From assembly GCA_000934665.2 (NCBI GenBank), contig JYFJ02002687.1:1-53089 (forward strand): a DNA stretch of 53,089 nt, written 5' to 3'. Below are positions 27,013 through 39,341 of this stretch, in pieces. A program made the position numbers and the translations under genes. Under the pieces are notes generated by a model. That model ran no database searches and was not told the origin of the DNA. It was given only the letters and a program-made list of their open reading frames with translations. Every line of letters begins with the position of its first letter. Position 1 is the first letter of the stretch. The stretch is from Catajapyx aquilonaris. Lineage: Eukaryota.

Positions 27013-28633
27013 TTGGGAGGGAAAAAAATCGCTTCCTACTTAACCGCTACCATCTTCCACCTCCATTCCGGCCAACACCAATGGAAACCCAACGTACCGT
27101 GCGGCTCTCGGGCATTTCCTGCACAAAACCAGGCATACGACCAGTGGATATCACTGATATTTACTTGACAAAAAGCAGGGCCATGATCAACGTTATGGTG
27201 CTGGTAGCACAAAAAAATATTTGCTGAAAAGTAATTAGTCAGTCGGATAAATAAAATGACCAATTACTAACAGCCGAAGAAAATTCAACAACAACGTTCA
27301 ATAGTTTGCTACAGTATACATTGTGGTTTAGTTGTGCCATTAATTAAGCCACTAATATGTGAGCACAGCTACAGCACTGTATTAATTGGTACTCCCTTGA
27401 ATATCCTATACCCTGCAGATATCCGTTTCAAAGCCTGTCTTTAGAATTGAGAAAAGTACTTTTGGCCTTGATTGGTGGTGTATACATTTCTCCTCACGAC
27501 TATGATATATGGTGCTCACAATGGGTGCGTTCACCCTGCAAGTGTACAGTCGAGCATGGAATATGTGAACAAATTAACACAACAACAGCAATGCAGGCGG
27601 AAATAACAGTCTGGGGCCATAATGCTAATTAGTTACATGTGACGAGATAATAAGCGCGTGCTATTTTCGCGCCTGCAGCTCTATACATGGGGTTCCAGGT
27701 GTAATGATCCAGGTAACTATAAAACAGCCTAGAGTGCATAATTCACACGAAAATGCGACTGGGATTATCAATTTTTTGGTGCTTCCATTAAAAATAACTG
27801 ACCATTTGTAACTTTAAATAGGGTAATGCTAAATATACAGTCGCCACTGAAACTCAATATAACCGTTTATTTCTAATGGATCTATTCTAGCCCCTTCCTC
27901 TGTTCCAATTCTATCTATGCTATATATTTCTATCTATTTCTGTGCCATCCACTGCATGTATTATCACTTTAAAAGGCCGCTCTAATTTATGACATGCTCG
28001 TAAAAACCCACGTTGAAAATAGAACTTTGTATATTTATTCGCCAGTATATAAAACGAGCGTTTGCATTTCTGTCATACTTCGCCATCTCAAACTATGCGA
28101 AAAGTAAACGCGTGATGATGTAAACAAACCATCGACCTGATGCATCAGAATACTCATTATGAACCTGTATTAATTAGCGGCGGTTATATACTGAACTGCA
28201 CAGTACACAATTCCCCCCATGCTACCAACCAACAATTAATACTGTATTATATTAACATCCCAGTTAACAGGCACACGCCTGAAGAATACTGTACTGAATC
28301 CTGTTATACAATTGCCATTCTGCCAACTGGAGGATTAGTGGTGCTCTGTTGTATTGCAATATTAATTTGTGGTACTGTTTGATTGATGATGTTCCATGTC
28401 TATGTGGTTGTTAATCTTGTTTTGTGAACAAGGTGTGAAATGCCAGGAATGTGTTGTCGCTGCTTTGGTGCTCTTTTTGTGGACATATGCGTTTGCGTTT
28501 GGTGTACACTGTACAGCTACATGTTGCTGGACAAATATAATAAAAGCGTGACACCAAATCGCAGTAATTTATCGCGTTCTTTTACTGCCTTCTAATTCGT
28601 ACTAAACGCTCTAATAGCATTTTCTAAACACCC

Positions 28634-28701
28634 AGTATCTGCTACTTGGCCAACCATCAATAACCGGTATGAAATTGATGGTTGGCCAAGTGGCAGATGC
28701 T
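28634..28701 (+). repeat. 68-nt hairpin, 28-bp stem and 12-nt loop
   Basis: AGTATCTGCTACTTGGCCAACCATCAAT / ATTGATGGTTGGCCAAGTGGCAGATGCT; only two non-Watson-Crick pairs, both U.G on +. Confidence 0.85.
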
Positions 28702-30592
28702 ATAATCCGATCATAAAAAATACGTTTAAAAAAGAAATCTATAAACGAGTAACTATCAAAAAATAGCCCATCAGCTCTTAATGTGGGTGTAGCTTAATTG
28801 TGGAAACCTGCGCACATCAGGTACCCCTCAGGATAGAAAACGATCACGACACGGGTGGAATATGCTATAAAAGGCAAGCTTCCGTGGATGTTGCTTGTCT
28901 AGACTCACAGGACTAACAACCACTGGGATTTGTCCATCAAAATGTTGCATCCTACCATGACCATAATAAGTCTCACGGGGCAGGGAGGTGCCAGGATCCG
29001 TAAACACACCGCGACATGAAAGTACACCAGCAATTTTCCATATTTCCAACAACGTAACTTCTTGAACCTCACGTCCAACAGCCGAGTAATTTAATAAACT
29101 TCTCCTGCAACTACCGATTGACTGACATTGCCTCTTCTGGGGAACCTTGTGGCATTCCACTCTTCTTTTTTTTTTTTGTACCTCCCCAAGAAATCCGGAA
29201 AAGAACAATCTTCCACTAACTACTCGCCAGTTTTTCGATTGGCGAGTGAGAAATGGGCGAGACTTTCCATTCCGCTAGAGCCATCGCCAAAGCACCACCT
29301 GACGCCTTTGTCGCCCATTAATAATGAAAGAGATTGCCCGGGAAGAGTCCCGCTCCTGTGGGAATCCCATCTACCCCCCATTTTCTTGTTCTCCTGCACT
29401 TTCTTCAGCTTGCCACTTTTCATTATCCAGTTGTCGCATCGTCCCACACCCAGAGCACTCTCAGATGCCACTTATACATAATTACTGCGGTCTCTCTGCT
29501 TTATATGAATAACCTTCACCCAATATTTTTTTACAGGGCAGGTAGACCATCCCAGCCAGAAAATGGTCTGGATTTCCCCCTATCACGTCCCAACTTTTCC
29601 AATCGGAACATCCCATGCAAAAAGGGGGGTCCCGATAATTGAAGTCCCAGAGTGAGCTCAAACCCAGAGAGAAGGCATCTGGCCAACCATTTCCCAACTT
29701 TTGGCAACGGGAACACGTACGCCACTTTCTTCAAGAATCGGGATGTCTCACTCCCTCCGCACATTACTAACGGGGAAGGAGCCTTTCCGCACTTGAGACA
29801 TTTTCGAAAACCCGCAAATGCTTCCCCGCAACTCAAACTGTCACCAGAGAGAATTCTAGGGAGCCCGTAAAATATCCGGAATATTGCCACCTCTTACTGA
29901 AGACGGATTCCGACTGTCAGAAGCGATGTTTGGCATCCCCAGGGCTCCTATTGACGCCGCTGGGGAGTAAAGATCTTCAGACAAAATTCTAATGACTGCT
30001 TCAAATTGGGTCTTTTTAATTGAATATCGCGTAAAACGTAGCCTCCCAAAGGGGGAGCTCTCACTAATTACAGAGAAGCCCACGTAGCCTCACACATATA
30101 ATTTCAAAAGCGTGCAGGCAAAAACAGGCCATTTCAAATTCATGGATTCGACAGCATAGCAAAATACTGGGGGGGCCTCAATCCTTAAAGCAATCGTGGA
30201 GAGCCTTACGTTGCTCAAACCACCGAAGTTTTCGTTTTGCATTACAATTGGAGGTTGACAAACCAAGTCCTTCCTATTTCACATAGAATGACAGCAACTG
30301 GAATTGACTGCAGGAAGGTGAAGCAAAAAAATAATATTTTCTTGTCCAGACTATTCTCTCTGCTTCCTCCATTGTGTTGTTCTAATTTAGGGAAGGGAGG
30401 GGGGAAAAAACCAGGAAAGTGTAGGAAGGCTTCACAATGATTCCAACAAAGCCCATTTGATATCACGCTACACTTCTGACAGGGGATAACTTACAATTAC
30501 TGCATCACTTCACCATTGTTTCTCTTCTTACCGTATTAAAAAAAAAGCAGTGAATCAAGGTACATGCAACATGCACATGAAAATGTACCTAC

Positions 30593-33500
30593 CTGAACAG
30601 GAGGAATCCTAGACCAGTCACAGCAGCCCGACGCACATCATCATTCACATCAGAAACCTTAAATTACATCATTTTCTCTTATAACAAATTACAACATTGG
30701 CAAATGTGCACTTAAAAATTAGTACTTACAGCAACATGCAACAACTTTCGAATGGCTTTGTTGCTTCCAGTGCCACAGTAGGCCATGGCGATGGTGTACA
30801 TGCCTGAACGTCGCAGGATGGGGTCTTTGTCTTGGAAAAGGCTGGTTATGAGAGGTTCAGCCTCCTCCAACCTACCATACATGGTCAAGGCAATACCAAT
30901 GGCAAGACCTCGAAGAATCTTTTCATGTTGGGTCTCTTGGGCATACTGTTGGAAGAAAAGTCAAATATTTAAGAACATCTACAACTGTTTATGAAAATTC
31001 CTATATTTAAAAAATGTGTCTTAAATTTTAAAAGGCTGCTGCCTAGTCACTGTGATATAACAGGAAGCCCAATCATATGGCACCATAAGTGTCTAAAACA
31101 AATTTTAAAATATACTAAAATAACACCCCACGAAATATTTCTCCAGTCAGCACCACTACTGACAGACAGTTAGTTTGACCAAAAATAGTTCTTCTGTACA
31201 TTCCCAATTTCAGGTGAGATATATGCAATGAAAGGACTTTTGTTGTGAAATAAAGTTTTGAATATTATCCAGTCTCAGTAATTTCATAATTTTCATTAAC
31301 ATTGAAAGTGGGTAGGTCAGCCGTAAGAATAAATTACTGTACCAGTTTCATTCCTCCATTAGAATTCCCCGTTGCTAAAACATGTCTTTACTCCTACTAA
31401 GGATCAACACTTTAAAACATTTGCCATCACAGGAGCAAGGAGTCTAAAGAACTGCTTCAGGATAATAAAACCACCTTTAGGATTAGCACTTTCCTTTGAA
31501 CAACATCGAAAGCATCAAAGAGACTGTACTTTTGAAAAACACTATGCACGACTGAAACTCAACAAATTTCTGTGAGGCATCCTTCACCCTCTTAAACACC
31601 AAAGTTGTGTCCAAGTTATTAACATCTCAGAAATTCTGCTTTGAAGGCACTCCTATCCGCTTGAGGCTTGCCACATATATCAAAGTGCAGTGCAGCAGGG
31701 AAAGACCAAAGCTTAAAGAGATGTACTACTCATCAGAGTGGCACTGAATGCTAATCAGAAACACTTTCGGTAGTAAACACAACTCACCGCAACCATATCT
31801 TCAATGGCCTGGGCAGACTTTGATCCGAGCATGACCAGTCCAACTGCAATTCCAGCTGCTTCCCCAGTCACAGCATCGTCCTGGTAAAGATTGAATTTCA
31901 GTTGTTCATACACATCTTGCCGGTGTGTTCCCATGGCAGCAAGTCCTAGACCAAGGCAACCTCCATGCCGAACCATCTCATTCTGTGCATCCTTCAGCTG
32001 ATTCAGGATATACTCTATGATAGTGCCGCCATGGTTGGCGTGGATCAGTCCAAGGGCATACAAACCCCCACCCTCAGAGTAGCCTGAGCTGGAGCTGCTA
32101 TCCTTGGGGAGGTAACTCTGCATGAGATTTAAGACGTCCTTTTCATGGCCTCGATGGATGACTCCAAGCGAAGCAGTGGCAGTCAGCTTAGCCCAATTGG
32201 TGGCACGGGCTAGCCACTCAAGGTTGTCCCGTAGAAATTGGTCACTCGTGGTGCCACTATGCATATAAGCATTGGCAATAATGGTGGCAGTATGGCAAAC
32301 CGAGATGCGCACTGCATCCTTGGTCTGCTTCAGTATCAACATGTCTGTATGGTTGCTTCGAATCAAGAACTGCAAGTGCTGACTGATGCTTACTTCCCCA
32401 CTCAAGATGGTGCTCAGCTTCTCAATACGCTGCTGGGTCACCTTCTCTTCTTCAGACTGACAAATGATAGATGGAATGATATCAACAATATGCCACTTAT
32501 ATGCTTTTCTTGGTGAAATAATTATCAGTAGATGTCATTTACTCAGCCAAGTGTACAAATATTTTCAAACCTCAAGTCAGATCTATGGAACTTGTTTTGT
32601 TTTGTTTTTAATACCCCGTGATAGGGCCAGGGACCCTCTTGGGGGGGGAGGAGGAGGAGGAGGAAAGGGGGTTCCCAATGGAGGGTGCTCATAATAGTCA
32701 TTTCTGACCCTCTTAAATACCAGACCTTTTCTCATGGCCCTGGGCAGAGAAGGGAGTGCAATTCTGCCTGGACATGTCGGGTGAAAAGCGGAAGAAGACC
32801 CAACAAAGCGAAGGTGATGAGGACGGGATTTGAACCCCGGACCTTCCGCTTGGCTGGCCAGCAGCAAAGCCACTAGACCACCACACCCCCTTATAGAACT
32901 TATTAATTCAGTTATGAATGACTGGCATCTCCTTTTTGTTTATAACCAAGTGTCAGAATACAATTTCATACAATATTTATAAAGTTAAAACACTTATTAT
33001 ATTCACAAATTTTGAACTAATTTTAAGGGTCCAAGGTGATGAATTTTTAAAATATAAAAGCAAAACATACCAAAGATTCAAGTTTCCTTGCGGTTTGCTT
33101 GCTAGATTCTGTTTCAGAACTCTCCGCTGGAGCAGCTGCTTCTGCAGTTGTAGAATCTGCTTCTCCAACTTTCTCCGGTTCTGAAAAACATTAGTTTGAA
33201 AGTTGTTATCTAACATTTTAACCCAAAGTGGCCTCAATTCATATATTCTTCCTTATGTATATCTCCTTGGCATTAAAGAATTTGGCTAATTACACAGAAG
33301 ACATTCTAAAGAACACTGAGAGCTGAATTCAAAACAGTCAAATGAAATGATTTCGCTGGACTTCTCATTTTGACATCCCAGTATGTCAATTAATTCTCAT
33401 GGCAAAATCAAATTGTTTTGCTATTGAATTTTTCCTTTACACTAGACTACTAGAGTACTTCTCACCTGAATGTTTCAGTGAAAAGTATAAACTCACCAGT

Positions 33501-36500
33501 TGTAGGGATGGGAGCAGCAGCCCGAAGTGTCTGAAGAACACGAGTCAAGAACTGCTGTGTTGCGCTCTCATAGAGGTCAAATGCAATCTGGTATGCCATT
33601 AGAGCAGAGTCCTGCAATACCAAAAAATATATTATTTCCAATGTTACTATACAAGCAAAATAATAAAATGTTTTTATGACAGTAGCACACTGCCCAAAAT
33701 GGGAAGTCACTTGTAGGGAACACATTTTCCAGAAACATACAGGCAGCATAATTATCCTTATGTCAACTAGGCAAGCAGGAGCCAGACATGCACAATACTT
33801 ATTTGTGGTGAGATATTACAGTCGCTGAATTTTTAATGGCCATGGCCACAGATATGCCTAGAATCTAATACTATGTCTGCAGCAGATTCTGGATATAATC
33901 AGACTTCAAGGGACCACAAAATCAGTATGCTACAACTGAGGTCTGCACGTAATAGCCAAATGCACAGCTGGCATATGCTGGGACCAGCCTTTCAAGTCGG
34001 CTATAACCAAGAATTTATTATAGTCGAGGCTGTTATATCCAGAGTCAACTGCATTAGTAGGGAAATTTTAGAACATATTCACCCCCATAACTTGGAACAC
34101 ACCTTATAAATTAAAAACTGTTATAATAAACCTCATTCTCACTTTTTGAGAAAGATTTAAAAAATATTAATAAACATGAACTCAGGTTTATACTGTATAT
34201 CACTTATTCAAATGTGGGATTCAACTTTGCCCTCCAAACAAGGCACTTCTCTGCCATCCCAAGGAGAAATGCCCTGCGTCCAAAACCAGTAAGAATGAAT
34301 GTTGCATGCATGCCCTGCACCTTTCCATCCAGCCCAGGTGGGCTGGATGCAGGGCATGAATGCAACTTTCTTCCTCACTGGTTTAGGACATAGGGGTTTC
34401 TCCTTGGGATAGCAGTTCTGAATCTTCATTAGAAGTTAATATTAAAATATATTATAACTTTCAAGATAAGGAAGAAATTTTGAAATTAATTGACCTCCCT
34501 GTACACTGGCTGGTTGGATCCCCTTGCATGCTGCCCCTTGTTCCACTTCACTTTACATTGATATGCCACTATTTGCATGAGAATGGCTTCATGAAAAGTC
34601 CACAGTGAGATTGTCCCATTTTGTGTAAATTTGTCTTATCAGGTTTCGGTTACATGTGATAGATGGAGTGAATTATTTTACAAATCACTCTCAGGACCAT
34701 GCAAATATTATGCTCGGCCAAATTTCCATTGAACTTTGGACCTCATAGATTTCAGCATATTATTCTAAAATGGTCTGTGGTCAGATACCATAACTTGAGG
34801 AATTAAAATAGCTGATTATTGGCTCTCTGATATGTATCTAGAATAATTGGCACTTAACATCTTCCTCCTTAGCAACTTGTATCTGCTAAGAAATTGTAAT
34901 TTTTTACTCGAAGACATAATGTAGCATTTACATGCACAACTAGACCCCAAGGAAAATAGGCATCCTCTACAATTCTACATAGATATCCTTATAGGGTAGT
35001 GATCACTCCTAAAACTTGCCTCGTTATCTTTGATGAGTCCTTCTAAAACCTTGGAAACAGTTGTAGAATCATCAAGGAAGATGAGACACTGACAAATGTT
35101 CACATAGTCAGGAGTTTGCAGGCCCTTGTAGAGATCGACAAGTTCCTTCAAAACTTCATTTCTGAACTGACGGTTCTGTATGAGGTTCATCACTACTTTA
35201 AATGAGTAGTAAAGCATGCTGTTGACGTCATCCTAGAATGAGATAGAATGAGACTAGAATGTTACACACATGGAAGCACACAAGCTGATTCAGAATAACC
35301 ACAATAAATTATAGCACTGGCCAGGATAAAAATTGTCCTTCAAAAATTGAAATTATTATACTATTTCAGCACAGCATATTTAACAATGGCATCATAAGTT
35401 TTTAGCCAAATGCATGAACTCTTGAAATAATGCTTACATCCTAAATGGTTAGTTACTGTGCAATTTGGCTCAAAACAACTTGTATGTGTAGTGAGACCCT
35501 TACAGATTGCTTGATAGCCTTCCTAAACAGATCCATGCGTCGTGTCTCCAAGGCAATCCCCACTGCTTGACGGTACTGCCCATCTTGAAAGCATCGCTCC
35601 AACATACGGTTAACTATGTTGGCAAGCCTGTCATCAATCTTTTCAACTCCATCCACGCACTGCTGGATGTAGTGATCAATGCACTTTGCTAAAAATGAAG
35701 AAAATGCATTTTGAATTTACGTGAGCAGAATAAAAAGAGGGGCATGCTTCACTTACCAATAATGGTCTCCACATACTCTGATCTGCAATTGACATCAAAA
35801 AGATCACCAGCTCCCAATGCATATGTCAGGGAATCCTCAAATGAGCCCAAGTGATAGTAGACTTTACTGGCCAGAAGAGAAGCCAGATTGCGGTGCTCAA
35901 AATTGGTGTTTTCATGCAGGATTTCACTGAAATAATGAGTATTTTCATCAGTAAGACAACCAGTTACAAAAACTGAGAATGCAAATAATTAGTCACATAT
36001 TTCCTTACAAGACATTATTTGATTACAAAAATTGATGAAAATATTATACAAGAGCTCAAGAGAAGTGTCACAGAGCATGATTTTTCTTCATAAGCATTTC
36101 ACAAGGATAATGAAATTAAATTATTTGTAACCAAGAAAATGCTCTGGAGTTGGTGATGAAGATCATATGCCCATTGAAACATTGCCAGAGATGAACAACT
36201 CTAGTACCAAATGGTGATGGCAACACTGTGCCAAATGACATGCTTTTTTTCACTTGTTTCATTTGACTTCTGTTTTAAGACTTGTACATACAACACAGTG
36301 CTACAAATTGGCCAGGAGGGCATTTGGCATTCCTACAGGGACTGTACCAATGAGACGAAAATATTTCTTCTCCCACATGGTGAAAAAAGAATTTAATAAT
36401 GAAACCACAAAAAAACCACAAACTTACATCTTCTCAATGGCCTCTGAGATCTCAGGCCAGAACTGATCCACAACCTCATCTAGCCGCTTCAGGGCAAATT

Positions 36501-37412
36501 CTTTCACCTCTTCAAGCGGCTCATCCAGCATGGATATAATCCCTCCTAGAAGCAGTAGAAGGGGGAGAAAAAAGTTTTAGAATAGTCACTAATGTTGCTC
36601 TTTCACGAGCATTTTAATAGTGGCGTGCTAACTGGGATAGCTGATCTAAAAGGGTAATAAAATATTACCATTAACTATGATGGATGTACAGAGGTGGAAA
36701 TTAATGGATGAGCACAAGTATTGCCACGTGGTGTAGCTTATCCTGTACATGAAGCGAAGGAAAAGCTCTGCCAGGCGGTGATACTTGTGCTTATCAATTA
36801 TTTTCCATCACAGTTCAGTGGCAAAATAGTTGCTTTCAACTCTTTACCATTTATAGAACTCATTACAACTGCGCAAAGCCTAGCCTAAAATACTATATCA
36901 CTCAAAAAGATGGAGACGATTTTGCATTGAACCAAAATTCAAAATTGTCTCCATCTTTTTGAGCGCTATAGTACTTTACATTTGTTGCTGGGATATTGCC
37001 TGTACTTTGTTTTTAATGCTGCATTTTCTTTAAAATTCCATACTAACCTACTTCATTGCCTTCAAGTATGACCGGGAGTTACATACACTAATGGAATGCC
37101 TGTTTAATTAGCAGTCCTATGGTATCCATAATCCCCTACATATAAAGCCACTTTGTAAGTTTAACCCCCCATCAAATATTAAAGTACAAAAATCAGGCCC
37201 CATGACTTCATGGATTTATGGGTAGCGAACCCTGTCACAAAATGCAATGTTAAAGACCATACAACATAACACGATATATCCTGCGTAACTCGATGTGCCG
37301 AAACAAATAGTAACAAATCCTGCTCCTCCAGTACGGTCGCATGCAACGTGGTGTGTCAGTCAAGAGGCAAGGGTTATCGCCCTCCTTTTTTACCCGCTGA
37401 AGTAATGCTCAT
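30593..37412 (-). CDS. PSMD1: 26S proteasome non-ATPase regulatory subunit 1 (Rpn2/PSMD1), exons 1-10 (626 codons + 2 nt); C-terminal third not in window
   Basis: Exons (-): 37412-37394, 36545-36428, 35926-35757, 35688-35504, 35232-35020, 33611-33497, 33180-33071, 32456-31788, 30945-30730, 30657-30593, all phase-consistent. Begins [16 protein letters not shown]..., includes [25 protein letters not shown] and PC repeats, ends [22 protein letters not shown] at donor AG|GTAGGT. Confidence 0.96.
32691..32890 (-). mobile_element. tRNA-derived SINE in PSMD1 intron 7
   Basis: On -: GGGGTGTGG, A box TGGTCTAGTGG (32880-32870), B box GGTTCAAATCC (32836-32826), then ~130 nt of unrelated body; no intact cloverleaf. 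Confidence 0.7.
33880..34051. mobile_element. Old pogo/Tigger-like MITE remnant in PSMD1 intron 5
   Basis: Left end CAGCAGATTCTGGATATAA versus reverse complement of right end CAGTTGACTCTGGATATAA (16/19); internal repeated GGGACCA. Confidence 0.5.
36891..36973. repeat. Imperfect inverted repeat in PSMD1 intron 1 (probable mini-MITE)
   Basis: TACTATA...CTCAAAAAGATGGAGACGATTTTG / CAAAATTGTCTCCATCTTTTTGAG...TATAGTA; TA at both ends. Confidence 0.75.
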
Positions 37413-37683
37413 CCTCGCTGCGTCTCCTTTGCGTCTGCCAGGAAAAGCGTCGAACGCCAACCGACACCGGATCCAACGCAAGAAAACTCAACCCCTTGTC
37501 TCGAGACAACGTTCCAAACAAGAAAAGAATCGTCCGTTCCAAGAGCCGGTCCTCGTCGCAATGACTCGTCCTCTTCACGAAAAAATCAACACATCACGGT
37601 ATCGCCAAAAAAGTTCCGGTAATCCATCGATACCGGGTCTAGTGCAGTGTTGCCAGTAGGGAAAGCGGCGCCTGTGGAGCAAA
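37413..37683. promoter_or_regulatory. Bidirectional CpG-rich promoter shared by PSMD1 (-) and TAF9 (+)
   Basis: Start codons are head-to-head 271 bp apart; local CpG enrichment; DRE-like CATCGATA at 37625-37632 (7/8 match to TATCGATA). Confidence 0.75.
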
Positions 37684-38607
37684 ATGGCGTCCCAAGTGAG
37701 GCAGACGCCGAAGGATGCTTTGGTGATAATGGCCATACTGAAGGACATGGGGGTGACAGAGTACGAACCCAGGGTGATCAACCAGCTCCTGGAGTTCATG
37801 TTTAGTGAGTATGATGGTAGGGAATTAGTACTGAATGGGCGTTGACATGTTCCGTTGCTTTTGTCAGGATACGTCACCAACATCTTGGATGATGCCAGAG
37901 TGTATGCCAATCATGCCAAGAAGAAGAACATTGATGGCGACGACGTCAAGCTGGCTGTGCAGATGCAGATGGACAGGTCGTTTACCACACCGCCACCAAG
38001 AGATGTACGTTGCGTGGTGTTGCAAATGTCCTCCGTAAGGGAACACATCTCAGCCAAGTTGTCAATCAATTTTGTTACTTTGCAGATCCTGTTGGAAGTG
38101 GCCCGAAGCAAGAACTGTATCCCTCTCCCGCTTATCAAGCCTCATTGCGGTATCCACCTTCCTCCCGACCGCTATTGTCTGTCTGCCTGCAACTACCGCA
38201 TGCGCAGCACCAAGAAACCCAGTCATTCCTCATCCACACCTTCCACACCATCCTCCTCGCTGCCAAAGATGACACTAGGAGGCTCCCGCATGGGAGGGAT
38301 GGCAAAGGCCATTCCAAAAGGAGGTGCTGGTGGTGGGCCAAAAATGATGCCTAAGGTGGTGGTGGGGGGCGTTGGGCCCAAACCTGTCATCAAAGTGACC
38401 CCTGGAACCATGCCTATGGCATCTTCTTCCAAGCAAGCAAAGCATGCTATGGGAATGGCGGCAGTGTCCACGACACTCTCTCAGCCAACAGTTGTGACCA
38501 CAATGGCAGCCCTGACTCAGCCAAGCATTGTGAAGATGGAGCTAGACAGTGGACAGGAGCAAGGGATAAAGCGAAAGCGACCAGATGACGAATACAGTTC
38601 CATGTAG
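37684..38607 (+). CDS. TAF9: TFIID subunit 9 (histone-fold TAF9), 3 exons, ~259 aa
   Basis: Exons 37684-37804, 37868-38004, 38086-38607. [60 protein letters not shown]...[18 protein letters not shown]...[14 protein letters not shown]-terminal KRKR. Confidence 0.96.
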
Positions 38608-39341
38608 ATTATTGCAATGTGTGTTACCTGCCCGGGTAATATTGCTTATTTAGCACAATCAACACAGTTGATGTCTGTAATCTACCAAGCCTTATGAGAT
38701 GTCATAATACAAGTAATGTTACATGAGGCATGATTTTTCATGTAAGGTCGTAACTGTCTGTATGTGAATTTGAATATCAGTTTTCATCTTGATGATATGT
38801 TAATGTTTGGACTACATAATGTTCCATTTAGGTGCGAGACCAGAAATCTCTATGCCTTGGAAGTTTCGATTACTAAATATTAATGGTATCCCTGTCACAT
38901 TTTTTGTGTGATGGAAGATATTCTTCTGGGAAAGAAACAAATAAATGTTGATAGGGTACTTTCTCAATAATTTATTAATTAATGCGAGGTTCCGTACAAT
39001 TGCAGTGATGTTACTGTTGGGCAACAACACTGATTGCCAACTGTATAACCAACTTGAAATCTACTGCCATTCTCTGCTTGCATTATTAATACCAGCATTC
39101 TTCATGAAGAAAAAATGGTCTTTTGGGATTGCCCCCCCAAAATCTTTTCCAGGACAGTTGATGGCATTGTAGTACACATACATTTCATTGCATAATATAA
39201 ATGTAAACCCTGCAGTACCATGTCATAATTATGATGCACAAAACATAATTATGGTACAGGTTTTATTTGGAAAAATAAAAGAAAAAAGAAAAAAAAGGAA
39301 GCCCAACGAGTAAACCATAAGAACACAGACTCCATTTCAGC

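Noticed and set aside
26736..27227. ORFs with poly-Lys
   Set aside because: Translation of the A40 tract; no other coding signal. No TSD or element body identified to call it a retrocopy tail.
32810..32890. tRNA gene on - strand
   Set aside because: A and B boxes are present but acceptor and anticodon stems do not pair well, there is no adjacent oligo-T terminator, and a SINE-like body follows.
34301..34366. Bulged hairpin in PSMD1 intron 5
   Set aside because: Large bulge and tiny loop; most likely the centre of a decayed MITE.
30593..37412. PSMD1 as a truncated pseudogene
   Set aside because: All ten exons are intact, conserved and phase-consistent and end at a good donor; a long intron is the simpler explanation.
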